DNA of 64,000 bases from Macrostomum lignano (lineage: Eukaryota). The stretch's first letter is position 1; each line of letters starts with the position of its first letter. Positions 40,756 through 54,199 of the stretch are shown piece by piece. Below the pieces are notes generated by a model. The model saw nothing but the letters and a program-made list of their open reading frames with translations. It searched no databases and was not told the origin of the DNA. The DNA lies in contig NIVC01000859.1 in assembly GCA_002269645.1 (NCBI GenBank), forward strand, positions 186,001-250,000, read 5' to 3'. The position numbers and the translations under genes were made by a program.

Positions 40756-42288
40756 GTTACTAACACCCTAAAGTGACGTATCCAACATTACCATTTTTGC
40801 AACTTTTTTAAGCGTTAACAAACGCGCTACTACTTAAAGTAGCTCATAGGTACTCAGTGATTTATATATTCATTCAATTTATCAGGACGCACAGCTTAAG
40901 TCAAAATTATTTTACTTTGAGGCCCGTCTTTGTAGTTTTTTGTAGAGTCTATTTTATTTTTACTCAACTGTAAGCTTTTGTAAGTATAGAAATAAATTGG
41001 CACAAAATTTTTTATTGCTTTTAAAAACTCGCTAATCCGTCCTGAGCATGCCCTGCTATTAAAAAACACAGAGTGTTCTTTTTATTGACATGCTTATTTT
41101 TGAGAGTTATGTCATAACTTTGAGGACAGGAGGACGGACTACAGTAAAACCAGGCAGTAACGTGTACTAAAACATGGGGTCGCACTTCTTCACATACTCG
41201 TAGTTGCCCTTCAGCTGTACACACATGTGATGCCTCTCTGGCAGACAGCTCCCTGATCCCATCAGCAAAGAGTTCTGTGAGAATCTCCTGTAGATTGCGG
41301 AACTCAGCCTAGACAGACTGCACATCTGCACATCGTTTGCACATCTGTCAGCAGCTTTAGCACCCAGCCAGCAATTCGACGCGTGTCCTTCCCCAGCTGC
41401 TCCACGAAAATGCGGTGAACGCCCAAGATGTCCTCGAGAACGCCTTCTGTTCCAAAAGCAGCTTGCGAAGAATTTTCGACAGCGCTTTCACCTGTCTTCA
41501 CAAAAAATAAAATCGAGCTGCGTTTTATACATGTTTTTCCATAGCGTAAGGTAGCTTACAAAGATGAAGCTATGCCTGCTGGAACAATAGAAAAGCCACG
41601 CTGACGACCTCGCCCTAAAGTTGGACAAGCTGGTTGCTGATGCGGTCAGGCTCTGCGTGCCGGAAAACATCGAGACTAAAGAAAATAGACTGCAGGATTA
41701 AGTAGAAAAGATAAATGTATTTTGTAGTTGTGTGTTTGTTATCGAATATTACAATACAATTCATAGTAATTTATGAAATGTTGCTTAGGCGGTTGCAAGC
41801 ACAAAATACCACAGAATGATCATTCAGCCACCCTGAAGAAAAAATCTCAATGCGAAATTTTCGATGTGTGCTACTCTTCCTGTGAAGCTGTGGGAAAGTA
41901 GTATGGAGAAGAATCACCATAGACGATATCACTCGCAAGGGCTTGTGATTTTTGTCTTCGTTTTTTTAGTAATCATACGTCGTAGATCAACGAATATTCT
42001 TTTATTCTGAGGCAAAGAGCAGTGCGGTGCTATCATGACAAAATCTCGAGCCCAGTGCGCAGCTTATAGCTGCAATTCCTATGCCTATAAGTGCCCGCAT
42101 TTGACGCGATTTCATGCATTTCCTTCTGGAGACAGTGCAAGGTATGCAGTTCAGAGAACACATAGTTGACTCCTGTGGTAGGAGTTTTCTTTTTTGATTT
42201 CAGAATCACTTTAGTGTTCAAACTCTTGCATCTTTCAGGTGCGAAGACTTGGCTCGGCGATTGTTTCAGTCATTGCAGGATTTCAAAT

Positions 42289-45200
42289 TCAGTCCTTGTA
42301 GATTTTCACGCCCGCCCGAGCAGCGCGGGGGTGCGGGCGCAGCGCCACGGGGGAGGCGGGTGGATCTCGGGCCGCCTCGCCCGAAACTCTCGGTGCAGCG
42401 GTCTGCGTCTGGGCGCCGGCGTCGGCGAAGTCGGGGCTGACAACTTTGACTGCCGTGCAGTGCCGCCAGCAGGTCATGTCGTCCCGGCGTAGCAGCAGCG
42501 AGTTGCCGGCCACCCGCTGGACTGTCCAGGCACCGCTCTCGAATGGCGTCTGCGTCTTGCTGGCACCGACCCGCCGTCGAAGCACCGAGTCGCCGACCTG
42601 GACGTCGTGCCGCCGTGGTCGCCTTTTTGCGTCCGCGTGCTGCTTCATCGCCGCCTTGGCGCCAGCGTCGGCTTCTCTCAGCCGTTGCTCGTTGATGCGG
42701 ACTCGCTGGGACGGCCGGGCGGCAGGGATGATGTCGTTTGGCCGCCGGCCCATCAGCAGCTCGGCTGGTGCGCGCCCGGTGGCCGCGTGCGGCGTGTTCC
42801 TGTAGGCCAGCAGCCACTCGTCCAGAGCGGCCCTCCAGTCCCGCCGCTCCTCGATGGCTGCTCGCACGACTTTGTTGATGAAGCGGTTCAGTCGCTCTGT
42901 CATGCCGTTGGCCGCTGGGTAGTAGTGCGTGATGAGGCGGTGCTTGATCCCGTAGCTCGCCAGGATACCGGCCGAACTCCTTGGACGAGAAGGGTGGTCC
43001 ATTATCTGTCACGAGCTCCTGTGGGATCCCGAAGCGGGCGAACATCTCTCTCAGGCGGGGAATCAATGCCTCGGCCGTCGTCGTCTGCATGAGCTGCACC
43101 TCCGGAAACCTTGAGTAGCGGTCCACGCACACCAGCAGCATGTTGTTTTTGATGGGTCCCACAAAATCGGCGCCGATCGAAAGCCAGGCGCCCGCGGGGA
43201 TCGGCGTCGGCTGCAGAGGCGTGGCCCGGACGGCTGGCGTGTGCGAGGTGACGGCGCAGCTGCGGCATCGACGGACGAAATCCTCCGCTTGAGTTGCCAT
43301 CCTCGGCCACCAGACCTTTGTGCAGAGTCTGGCGATCGTCTTCTGCGAGCACTGGTGCCCTTGATGCGCTAATTCGAGCATCTGCTGCCGCAGATCAGCT
43401 GGCACGACGATTCGGTGGTGTCGAAGGAGGACCCCGTCAACTGCAGACAGCTCCTCTCGCAGCGCGTGGAGTGAGCGCATCTCGGGGTTGGAGCGATCCC
43501 ACCGGCCGCCTTGCGTCGCCGCTATCGCCGCCCCGATGACTGGGTCGCTGGCAGAGCTCTTGCGGATGTCTTGGAGCGTCAGCGTCAGCCACCTCGTTGA
43601 TGTAGGCCTCCCTCCGCTGCTCGCCAAAACTTCCGTCGTGCTCGCTTAGGGGCTGCCTGCTTAGTACATCTGCAGCATTGGAGGCTCCCGGCTGATACTC
43701 GACCTTGAACACTAGGTGCTGGATCCTCAGCGCCATTCGCTCGACTCGTGGAGGCGGCCGCGACCCAGGCGCGAACATGGCCGTCAGCGGCTTGTGATCG
43801 GAGACCACTGTGAATTCGGGCGATCGATGCAGGTAGTACTCGAACTTCAGGCAGCCGAACTTCACGGCCAGTGCCTCCTTCTCGGTCTGCGAATATCGCC
43901 GCTCGACATCGGAGAGGGTCCCGCTGGCGTATGCAACCGGCCTTGAGCTGCCGTCGCGCTGCACCTGCGCTAGGATGGCGCCCAGTCCGGTCGACCCCGC
44001 GTCCACGATCAGCTGCGTGTGTAGCCGCTTGTCGTAAAAAGCCAGCGTTGTCGGCTCCGCCACCTTGGCCAGCTGTAGCGTGAACACGGCGAGGTAGTTC
44101 ACAAGGCCCAGGAATGAGCGAAGCTGTCCGATCGACTCGGGCTCCTTGAAGTCTTGAACGGCGGCGACCTTGCTCTCCGTGGCCTGGACCCCTTCCGCCG
44201 TAAGCCGCATTCCATGAACTCGATGCTGCTGCGCGCCAGTCGGCATTTCCGAGCGTTCAGCGTGATGCCGTGCTGCGCCAGGCGGGCCAGACATGACTCG
44301 AGGCTGCTGTTGTGCTCCGCCATCGTGCGGTCAAATACGACCACGTCGTCGTGGATCCATTTGACGTTGGGCAGGCCTGCCAGCACTCGACTCATCACAT
44401 TCTGCAGGATCTCCTGGGAGGTGGACAGGCCCATGCACAGCCGGGTGAGACGGCGAAGCCCGCGAGGCGTCGAGAATGTTAGCAGGTTGCGGCATTTCTC
44501 GGCGACAGGCACCTGGTAGAACGCCTTCGCGATGTCCAGCTCTGAGAACACAGTGCTGCCAGCCATGTCCCCGGTCACCTCCTCGAAAGTCGGAATCTGG
44601 TGTCGCTCGCGAATGATAAAGCGGTTGACATCGCGGAGGTCCTGCGTGATGCGCACCTCGCCCGGCTCCTTCTTGGGCACGACGACCATCCGCGCGACCC
44701 ACGGCGCCGGACCATCGACGGGCTCAATGATCCCGAGCTGCTCTAACAGCTGCAGTTCCTTGTCCACCGCGTCTGCCAGGTGGATCGGCACCTTCGAAGG
44801 CGCATGGCAGACCGGGCGGGCACTGTCGGTGAGGTGGATGTCGGCAGGCGGCCCGGTGAAGCAGCCGATTCCGCTGAACACGCTGGTGTGCTTGCGCAGC
44901 ACCCTGCCGATGTCCTCGACGTGTCCTTGAGGCACTCCGCTCGATCTCGTGCCGCTGAGAAGGCCATCGACCGCCGCCTCCGCTTCAGCGACCTGCAGCA
45001 CCTGCTGTCCGGCTGTCGGTGGTGGCCCGACCCGCAGGATGTCCATCTGAGTGGCCGTCTGCCTGCCGATGATGGTGATGCCTCTCCCTTCGACGACGTG
45101 GAACGTGGCGACTGCCTGCCGGCCGAAAATGCGGACGTCCATCGCCGCCTTGCCCAGCAGCTGCATCGGCCGGTCCGACCCGTACGCGAACAGCCTGTCC

Positions 45201-46402
45201 GAGGTGGTCTGCAGGTGCGGCCGCTGTCTCAGACTCTCGAACGTGGCCCGGTTGATCACATTTCGAGCCGCGCCGCTTTCGATCAACACCGACAGTCTGG
45301 AGCCGTTGATCTCGGCTATTGTGTGGGCCGACTGCTCATCCTGATCGACCTCGAACACGCCTTCTGTGTAGCTGATCTCGCCTTGCAGCGTTGCGACGGC
45401 GTCGGCGCGGCTCTGCGGGGCGCCCTGCTTGGACCTGCAGGCTCGCGCGAAGTGGCCCGGCTTCGCGCACTTTCTGCAGCTCTTGCCCTGCGCTGTGGTG
45501 CACGTGAGGTGCCCTGGCCTGCCGCAGCGATCGCACGATACGTGCTGCGTTGGTGTCTGCGGCATCTGTGGCTTCTGGTCTCTTCTGACTGCTACAAGCT
45601 GCTGCGGTTTCCCTGGTCTGTCGCTCTCCATTGCGGTGGCCTGCTGGACCGCGGCTTCTTTCGCCCTCGCCTTTTTGAGCACATCTGCCAGGGAGATATT
45701 GTTGGTCTGCAAGAAGTCTCTCCTGAGTCTCTCAGACTCGCGAGAGACTTTTTTGTCACGGATCAGCGAGTCTCTGAGGGTGCCGAACTCGCACGGCTCT
45801 GCCGCCTTGCGCAGACGCTGATACCACTGGTCGATCGGCTCGCCAGGCTGCTGTCTGTAGGTCTCAAACTTGAAACGCAGGAACACAATGTTATTCTTTC
45901 CGTCCCAGAACGTCTGGATGTTTTTTGCGAGGCTGCTGTAGTCCTCTCCAGAGGCGATCTCGTTCTCTTCGACTACAGCCTGCAGCTCCTCTCCTGCGGC
46001 GTACAGCAGCAGCTGCTGCCCTCGAGTCTTGTCGGTGATTCCAGCTGCATTGATGTACGTGGCGAAGCGACGAGTCCATGCAGTCCAGCGCTGTGCTGTG
46101 GAGTGGCAGTCGCTATCGATTGTAAACGGCCCGGGTGGCGCGAGTGAAATTTGCTGAGTCATGACTTTTAAAGGTGTAGTTCTTGCGACGCCATTGTAGT
46201 AACTGAGTCAGAGGCCGTGTTTGCTGTGTAGCCAAACTCTTACAAATCTCCCGCACTGGGCACGCGTCTATATATTATGGAGTTAGAATTGGGGTGGCGG
46301 CACCCACCCCACTCCGCAGCCAATCAGACTGCCCGGGCGTACCATACTGTGCGTACGCATACTACACTGCAGTTGTTTTCGCCCCCGTTCCAGTTGCTTA
46401 CA
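42289..46402 (-). mobile_element. Ty3/Gypsy LTR retrotransposon, Mag-like, frameshifted, 3' LTR absent
   Basis: Gag with two CCHC knuckles (CDRCGRPGHLTC; CRKCAKPGHFARAC), protease site VLIESGA, RT (LDIAKAFYQV, RLCMGL, WIHDDVVV), RNase H (VDAGSTGLGA, YSQTEKEALA, SDHKPL), integrase (HQGH...CRSC, GADFVGP, VDRYSRF, TDNGPPF, NGMTERLN) in gypsy domain order, split over four frames at about 44212, 43590 and 42975. Confidence 0.95.
46195..46402 (-). mobile_element. 5' LTR (208 bp) of the Gypsy element plus primer-binding site
   Basis: Minus strand TGTAAGC...ACTACA (TG...CA termini) with ATTGG and TATATA inside, followed after 1 nt by TGGCGTCGCAAG (PBS-like, 46193-46182), then the gag ATG at 46162. 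Confidence 0.85.
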
Positions 46403-46530
46403 TCAACCCCCTGCCCCACGTTGTCTGGCTTACGCCAGGCAGCCTAAATACAATATAATGAGAATCGCTGGCGCTGAGCAGGGGACGCGCAGGCTTGCAA
46501 CTTTAACTAGACCATCAAACAGAATACTTA

Positions 46531-47155
46531 TACTCAGCTACAGTCAAAAGTTCCACACCACTAAGCGAGATGATTTTTTCACTTATTGAGAGTGACGCAA
46601 CCGACGGCACGCGCAAAGCTTATTGCCGCTTGGGGGTGGCTTGGGTCTGCTTAATGGTCCAGGCCTGGACATTAAGCAGACCCAAGCCCAGGAACAACGC
46701 CCCGCCACACCAAGCCGATGCTGGTAGTCTACTGAAGGAACAGCTACAGCTGCGCACTCTGCGCTGGCCTACCCGGTCCCCAGACATGAATCCCATCGAG
46801 CATGTCTGGGACTTCCTAAAACGTAGCATTCGAAAAGAGAATCCACCATAGAATGTTGCGGAGAGCTCTGCGTCATGCCATTGAAAACGCTTCGGAGCGG
46901 CTTCCCCAGGACTTTCTGCGCCGCCTCATCATTGGGATGCCCCGCAGAGTCGTCGCACTTCTGCGTGTGAGGGGATCCCACACGCATCGCAATTCTAACT
47001 GATATTGCATAAAAAATTTATGATTTTACTACGAGTATTGATAGTCAATCAACTTTCCCCTCCTCGCGGCGGCTTAGTTGCGTAACTTGAGGGTTGAATT
47101 GTGAGTGTGAAGTTTTCGCAATTTGGAGGGTGGAACTTTTGACTGTTGCTGAGTA
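46531..47155 (+). mobile_element. Tc1/mariner (DD34E) internal-deletion derivative with TIRs
   Basis: TIRs TACTCAGCTACAGTCAAAAGTTCCAC and GTGGAACTTTTGACTGTTGCTGAGTA with flanking TA. Transposase remnant NNAPPH...WPTRSPDMNPIEHVWDFLKR with 34 residues between the second catalytic position (now N) and E; stop at 46851. Confidence 0.9.
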
Positions 47156-50100
47156 TACTACTGAAAACTATCCACTTAGCTGGTTACGCCACCTGCTCTC
47201 CGCTGAGTCGTTCATACACTGAGTTGATCATCGCCAGTAAGTTCGCGTGTTTGAGTTACTACTTTCGGAATTGTTCTGGACTTGGGAAGTTTAGGGACGG
47301 ACTGTCGACGCTTCGTGACGCGACCTCCGCTCAGAATTTAAGTTCAGTCCGGCCAGCGGACTGAAGCGAACTCGCGCTCGCCCGTTGGGGAGTTCTTTTA
47401 GTACGATCAGACGGCTCGACACAACAGATATACGACCATTGAGACAAATTTAACTTTGTCTCATTGAGACAAAGAGAATCATAATCAGTTATTTCATTTA
47501 GCTGGTTTAAATGCATAATAATTTTGCATTTACAAATCTTATTAGCTTTAAAAAATTACACTACATATATTTTGGCCATGTTTTTTTAATATTTGTCAAA
47601 GAATCTATTGAGATTGCATATTAAGTAATTATCAATAATCTATGCCCATCGCACAGAAAACCTGCTATTTCATTAAAATTTGATACTTACACTACTCTGT
47701 ACAATAGTTTCATAGTATAATATTTTATCAAATACTGATAGACAATGCCTGTAGGAGTACTTGGGATACTGCTGCCGGTAGAAGCTTTTAATCACCTGGC
47801 AGAGCGAATTATTGGGAATTCTCTGCCCTTACAGCCATGAGACCATGATTATATGCTAAATTCTCGTTCCCATTTTTTAGCCTTAATATGAAGCAGCAGG
47901 AAACTACTTTGTAATGTTAATATTTCTGCAGTGTTTAATCACGATAAATTCCTAAACTGACAACTATGGCCATTATCAGTGACTAAGAAATTCTTTGCGT
48001 TTTCGGGTGAGCTCATAGAACTTGAAAAAAAACTGGTGCGGATATCGAGTAGTGAGTTTGACACGAACTCAAAACATGTAGAAAGTCACAGTGACAAGCG
48101 CAGGCCACTGTTGCGCTGTTAGACCATAATAAGGGGATTTGGTGGGCGCGTTAAACTCTGTACCAAGCGCTTTAAAAAAATGAATTGCGGAAGCATTACA
48201 GAAGCGGTAGAGGCGGCCCATCGCTAATCCACCACTGCAGCACCTGTGTCTGTCTGGCCTTTAAAAAAGCTTGGCATGCATGCGCTAAATCAAACGCACG
48301 TTTCCTACCAGTGTATTTTCCAATGCTTTTAGGCATGACAATTTAATGAGGCTCAAAGCTCTCCTGCTTGAGTGTGGCTTTAGACGGAGCTTACCGACGT
48401 CAAGACGCGGCAGATCCCCAACCCTCATCAGTTATATTAGGCCATGGCCTTACTTATTGAGGTAATTATGCCCAGAGTTTTATATTTATCCTAATGATTT
48501 ATTGTTTAAAAAACCATTAAAAAGCTCTTAAGAGGTTTCCATGTTTCCATGGTTTCCATGAAGGCTCGTTTATATCGCTGTCGAATAAGCTGTAGCAGTA
48601 TTGTCCAAGCTGGTTAACAATCAATCATAATGCATATATTCCGTAGAGAAGCTACCACAATGGTAGATTGTGTATATGGTTTTAGAGGCAGAAAATGATT
48701 ATTTAAGGCTACTAAAGATACATTCATGAAACATTCGCCACTCGTAAAAAATTAGTGATTTCGAAGTGTTGAATAATAAGCGTACAGCATGGGACAATGT
48801 CTTGTCTAGGACTTTTGTATCCTGGTTGCTTCTGACGTCTATGGCTATGTTACCTTAAAAAACAGGTCAGAAGGCAAGTTGAGAAGCATGAGCGGTCTTC
48901 TTTTATCGCTATAGCTTCACCCCGTTTTCACCCCAACTGCAATCAACTCTTGTTCTTAAATGTAGCAGCCGCTACATAGCATCAAACCGTGCAAACCACC
49001 GAAAATTCTGCATCTGATATAGAAACACATTGACCCTACTCATCGTATTTGACGGCCGAGCAACGAGCTTTATACAAGCGTAGGGTACCCCTTGATACGG
49101 ACGCTCAATTCAACCAGTGGCTTGGATGCGCATCATTCCACAGAACTTACCCAGAATGCTCAATCAGCGATTTTATGAAATTAAACTGCGTAGAAATAGA
49201 GATGCGTACAAACTACTAATCCGGTGAAGAAACATAAGTAGCCATAGATCTCACAAGAAGTAGGAAGAAACTAGAAGTGGGAACCAGAAATGGAATAGCG
49301 AGCAGCGTTGGACAAAGGTTTGTTAAAAATGTTGCTTGTATTTCTTTACTACCAATGTAAAAAAGTTGTTTGAACTTTTATCGCGTATTTTTGGTAAACG
49401 ATTCGCAGGAAAATGATCAGTTCTACAATGCGCCGACCCAAACCCAAAGCCGGTGACCCATGACCTGCAATACGCTGCACCTACGCATTAACTGTGACTT
49501 GTAGCTCTACAATTATAAATCAATGATAAGAGCTAAAGTGTAACAAAAACGTTTATTCGATTAGGTTGCGCAAATATTCAGTATTAAAAAATGTAACTAA
49601 ATTCGTTAAATACACTCAAGCAAATATAATTTGATTTATAATGAACTTCACAGATTCTGAGTTTCTGAAATTCTGAGCTGGTACTTCTCCCTGCTGCAGC
49701 TTTTCTTCGCTGGCAACTTTCCGGCTAGCAACTTAAGACCCGATCTACATGTATTTGGCTTGTCTTGAAAAAGCATTATTTACATTGCTGTTCGCGTGCT
49801 GCTATCTCTCACTCTTTTGTGCGCTTCCCTTCCTCTTGCTGATAGGCATTCAAAGTTATCGGGTTGCCAATTCCATCTCATTGAATGTAAGTTTGCTAGT
49901 TAAATATAAAACATCGGAGCTGGCTCACTTAAGAGCTTTCTGATTCTTAGAATACTAGCACTTGTCAAGGATCTCAGCCGTTGCGCTTCGTAATCACAGA
50001 CTAGTTTTGTCTCGGCTCTCTTAAATGTAAGTGACACATCTATCTGTGTTATCCGCACAGTTAAACATATTCCGTTTGATTTAGCGTACCGGTTTGCTGA

Positions 50101-50516
50101 ATTTCCTATCCTTGCGACATGATTGGCAGAATACAATGGTATGGTGTTTCAATTGACAAGAACTTTTCGTTTTTAAGGAAAATGTTTGATTAGCTACTTA
50201 AAACCTTATCGATTCTCTGAGAGAACAAACACTTGCTATTGAGACTCGAGGTGGTTGAAAAAGAATGGCGAAAGCTGACAAATACTATACAGTACGTCAA
50301 TCTCTACATGCATGCCCTGCAGCTGATATAACCTACTGGCATCGGTAAAGCTGTGGGCAGCTGTTGCCAAAGCAGAGTTATTTGATACGCTAAAAAATAA
50401 ACTCTTAGAAAGAAAGCAACGCTTTTAAAAATTATCTGCCTCAAAATAAGCCATAAATTCTGAGCTGCAACTCTCGTGAACACAGTTGCTGTGAATTTAC
50501 CCTCGTTAAGCAGACA

Positions 50517-51254
50517 ATGAGCATTAATCTCTTGATATTCATGGCTCTGGGCCTCACGCTCGGCAGTGACAACCAGCAGCTGTATGTCCTCATCAACGGA
50601 TATCTCTGCATCAACGGCGAGTTTGTTGAGACCTACTCAAGCGAACTCAATAAAGTCGGGTGCGCCGCTCTGTGCGCCCAAAACCAGCGCTGTCAGGCGT
50701 TCAGCCTGGCTGACGGTCCGTGCCAGCTGTTCGTGTTCGACAAGTGCAGCAAGTCGGTGAGGAGCTGCGGCTGCTCCAGGAGAGGCCGGGTGTTCGTCAA
50801 GCAACGGCCGGGACTCGAGGCGGGCGCGCTGTGTCCGTCTGGCTACGGCATGGACCTGTGCGGAGTGAAGTACAGGCTGTACTCTGGCATCGGGACGTGG
50901 CGGTCTAGCAAGCAGAAGTGCGAGTCAGAGAGCGGTCTGGTCATCATGGCCGACGTGACCAGCGATCAGGAGATGAGCCATGTGAACTCCATCTACTCGA
51001 GTTACAGCTCTGGACAGTCGATTTGGCTCGGAGGCCTCCAGCCAGCAGGCAGTGCTGAGCCGGCTGGCGGCTGGTACTGGGTCGGCTGCAATGACACCGT
51101 GGACGCTGCTCTGTGGGCCAACAATGAGCCAAACAATAAGGGTAACGAAAATGCTATAACTAGATATCGTACTTTAGCTGGTCTGACCGACTGTAGCGAG
51201 ACAACCTCTGCCACGTCTACCGTCTTGTGCGAGTGCATCTCGCCCTTCACCTAA
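50517..51254 (+). CDS. secreted PAN/apple + C-type lectin domain protein (intronless, 245 aa)
   Basis: Signal peptide MSINLLIFMALGLTLGS; PAN-like GCAALCAQNQRCQAFSLADGPCQLF; C-type lectin domain with TWRSSKQKC, IWLGG, WYW, LWANNEPNNKGNEN (EPN motif), LTDCS...VLCE. Confidence 0.9.
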   Translation: MSINLLIFMALGLTLGSDNQQLYVLINGYLCINGEFVETYSSELNKVGCAALCAQNQRCQAFSLADGPCQLFVFDKCSKSVRSCGCSRRGRVFVKQRPGLEAGALCPSGYGMDLCGVKYRLYSGIGTWRSSKQKCESESGLVIMADVTSDQEMSHVNSIYSSYSSGQSIWLGGLQPAGSAEPAGGWYWVGCNDTVDAALWANNEPNNKGNENAITRYRTLAGLTDCSETTSATSTVLCECISPFT

Positions 51255-52264
51255 CGCCCGGATGTCGCGCCGTCACAATTAGCTGATGTCAACTGCAGAA
51301 ATCAATCTTTAGAATAAATCTGTGTAAAAACTGTTGTTTAGAGGATGGGATTTATCAAGAGGATAAGTAGCAACGAATTAGCTTACCGTTTTTTACAAGC
51401 AAAAGAGCCTTCCTTAATGCCAGTAGTGGCTTAATATTTGTCAAGTGTTTTAAGCGCTAATAAGGCACTTAAACATGCCTTCAGCCTGTGAGATGAGATG
51501 AGATAAATGTGGTATGAGGGATGTGGAAGAGAGAATAAGAGAGGTGACAGAAGTGAGGAGAGACGAGAGGAGGATGAGAGGAAAGTAGATAAGAGGAGAG
51601 AACTTAGAAGAGACACTAACTAATAGGCCGGATTGCAACAGCAAAATTTCAAAGGACTCGAAGGCAGGATAGAGAGGCTTCACTGGCCGCAGCATACAGT
51701 AAAAGTACTACAGCGGCGACGTGTAGTACTTTTCTTTAAAAAAAATTTTCATCACTTTAGCAACAAACTTAATGATCACTTCAGCTGTCCATTTTTACTG
51801 TCCAGATAGCTTAAAGCCGTAGGAGCGATGAATGCTAAAAATTGACTGTTCCAATCTCATTGCTTTTAAATAGTAATTGTTTCGACACAAACTGCAGATC
51901 ATTGCAACTATTCATAAAAAAACTATTTTCCATAATTTTCTTAAGTGTCGTCATTTTAAGAAATAGTTTCCAAATTCATAACTCAGCGCCGACGAACAAA
52001 AAGTGAACTAAAGTTTCTAAATGAACTAGAGAACTAAACTACTGAGTTAAACTATTGAGTATTGAACTAAACTGAGCACGGAGCAGTTTAGGGGAGCTTG
52101 TCGAACTGGGCTAACAGAGCACCTGAGGGGATGGGATGGCCCAGGAAACCATATTCCGTCCCTGACTATAGCATAGTAGGGGACAATTTAGTCCCATAAT
52201 CTGCTTTGTTTACTTTAGCAAAGGGCAAAGTCCAAAGGTGCCGAGTATTGTAGGGAGAAAATAG

Positions 52265-53050
52265 GGGGCAGAGAGGACAAGGTCGTAGGGAGGAGAGAGG
52301 CGGCAGAGAGGACAAGGTCGTAGGGAGGAGAGAGGCGGCAGAGAGGACAAGGTCGTAGGGAGGAGAGAGGCGGCATAGAGGACAAGGTCGTAGGGAGGAG
52401 AGAGGCGGCAGAGAGGACAGGTCGTAGGTAGGAGAGAGGCGGCAGAGAGGACAAGGTCGTAGGGAGGAGAGAGGCGGCAGAGAGGACAAGGTCGTAGGGA
52501 GGAGAGAGGCGGCAGAGAGGACAAGGTCGTAGGGAGGAGAGAGGCGGCAGAGAGGACAGGTCGTAGGTAGGAGAGAGGCGGCAGAGAGGACAAGGTCATA
52601 GGGAGGAGAGAGGCGGCAGAGAGGACAAGGTCGTAGGGAGGAGAGATGCGGCAGAGAGGACAAGGTCGTAGGGAGGAGAGAGGCGGCAGAGAGGACAAGG
52701 TCGTAGGGAGGAGAGAGGCGGCAGAGAAGACAGGTCGTAGGTAGGAGAGAGGCGGCAGAGAGGACAAGGTCGTAGGGAGGAGAGAGGCGGCAGAGAGGAC
52801 AGGTCGTAGGGAGGAGAGAGGCGGCAGAGAGGACAAGGTCGTAGGGAGGAGAGAGGCGGCAGAGAAGACAGGTCGTAGGTAGGAGAGAGGCGGCAGAGAG
52901 GACAAGGTCGTAGGGAGGAGAGAGGCGGCAGAGAGGACAGGTCGTAGGGAGGAGAGAGGCGGCAGAGAGGACAAGGTCGTAGGGAGGAGAGAGGCGGCAG
53001 AGAGGACAAGGTCATAGGGAGAAGATAGGGGGCAGAGAGGACAGGTCGTA
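52265..53050. repeat. 34-35-bp minisatellite (GAGAGGACAAGGTCGTAGGGAGGAGAGAGGCGGCA)
   Basis: About 22 copies. Confidence 0.96.
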
Positions 53051-53096
53051 GGGAGTATCAGAGTATCAGAGTATCAGATTACCTGAGTATCAGAAT

Positions 53097-53420
53097 TTGC
53101 CAGGTTATGTGCGCCAGTTCGAAGACAGAATTAATGAGACCACCGCCCTAGCAAAAAAGAGAATCCGTGCTCAGCAGGATTTTCGCAAAGATCACTTTGC
53201 CGGGAAACCACAAGTGAAGCCGCTGCAGCCAGGACAATTAGTGTTCTCGAATCCAGTGCTAGAGGCAGGTGAGGCACCAAAATTCCTAGACCGCGGGAGG
53301 CCGTCTATGAGGTGATCGAGCAGAAAGGCCAGTTGGTCTACAAGATCCGTCGCCAGGTCAAAAACACTCGAAAAAAGTTCTCGTAGTGTACCGGAAGAAT
53401 CTGCACCCCGTGCAAACTGC
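53097..53420 (+). mobile_element. degenerate Gypsy-type integrase C-terminal fragment (GPY/F region)
   Basis: YVRQFEDRINETTALAKKRIRAQQDFRKDHF...LQPGQLVF...APKFLDR, frameshift, YEVIEQKGQLVYKI...VYRKNLHP is the usual post-core integrase layout. Confidence 0.6.
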
Positions 53421-54199
53421 AGACTATCTCCCACAGGTCGTAGACGCATTGAACCCAACGCATAAACAGCGACGTCAACCGGCGCCACAGGCTGCTACCG
53501 AAGCGCCCGGCTGCCACGCTGAGCCCTGCACTGAGAAATCCGACGAGGATGAATACGAGAGCATCGTCGACTTGAATAGGGCGCACCCAGCTGGCGTCGC
53601 CGTGGCGCTGTGGACAACTCGCTTGCCGCTGCAAGCGCGATCGCGAGGCGCCAATGTCAAAACCGTTGAACAAGGAGCTGAAATGGAGAGCGGAGATTTT
53701 GCGCCAATTGAGGTTGCGAAATTGCCGTTACGCGACCCGAACCCACGCGAATCTCCTGATCCTACGATATGCGTCTCGCCTGTCCAGGTTAATTAATCGA
53801 ATCTTTCGCCGAAAATGAATTGCCTTACAGCGACAGAAATGTCATCCGAAATCAATAATCTTGAAGCTCCTGACCGTGTTCCGATCCGGCCCAAGCTGCC
53901 GCCAGGCGCTAAGGCCACGGTCGCCGGCAGGGTAGCTGACCTCAAAGGGCAAGGAAGACTCAAACTGAAGATCTTGGTGGTGACTCCGCCGCCCAGCGAA
54001 GTGCCAAGAATGACCTACATTGAGGAAGAGCTGGTAGTCCATGCCCCAGGTTCGCCGCCACGCCTAAACCGGCTAGTGTCAACAGGCAGCAGCATCGCCT
54101 TGGTGCAGCGAGCCGGTAGCTCGCACCCAGTGGACTATGGCGCTGACCAGGCGGCGCGCTGTCGAGAAAAAGGAAGCGATCCCATAGGTCTCTCAACGA

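Noticed and set aside
41200-41700. Protein-like fragments on both strands left of the Gypsy element
   Set aside because: Short, interrupted by stops, and without a recognisable motif or consistent splice chain.
42446-46147. Long plus-strand ORFs antisense to gag-pol (e.g. 44780..46147)
   Set aside because: Expected shadow ORFs of GC-rich coding sequence.
47160-50500. Array-free region between the Tc1 piece and the lectin gene
   Set aside because: No convincing ORF, splice chain, RNA gene or terminal repeats could be identified by eye.
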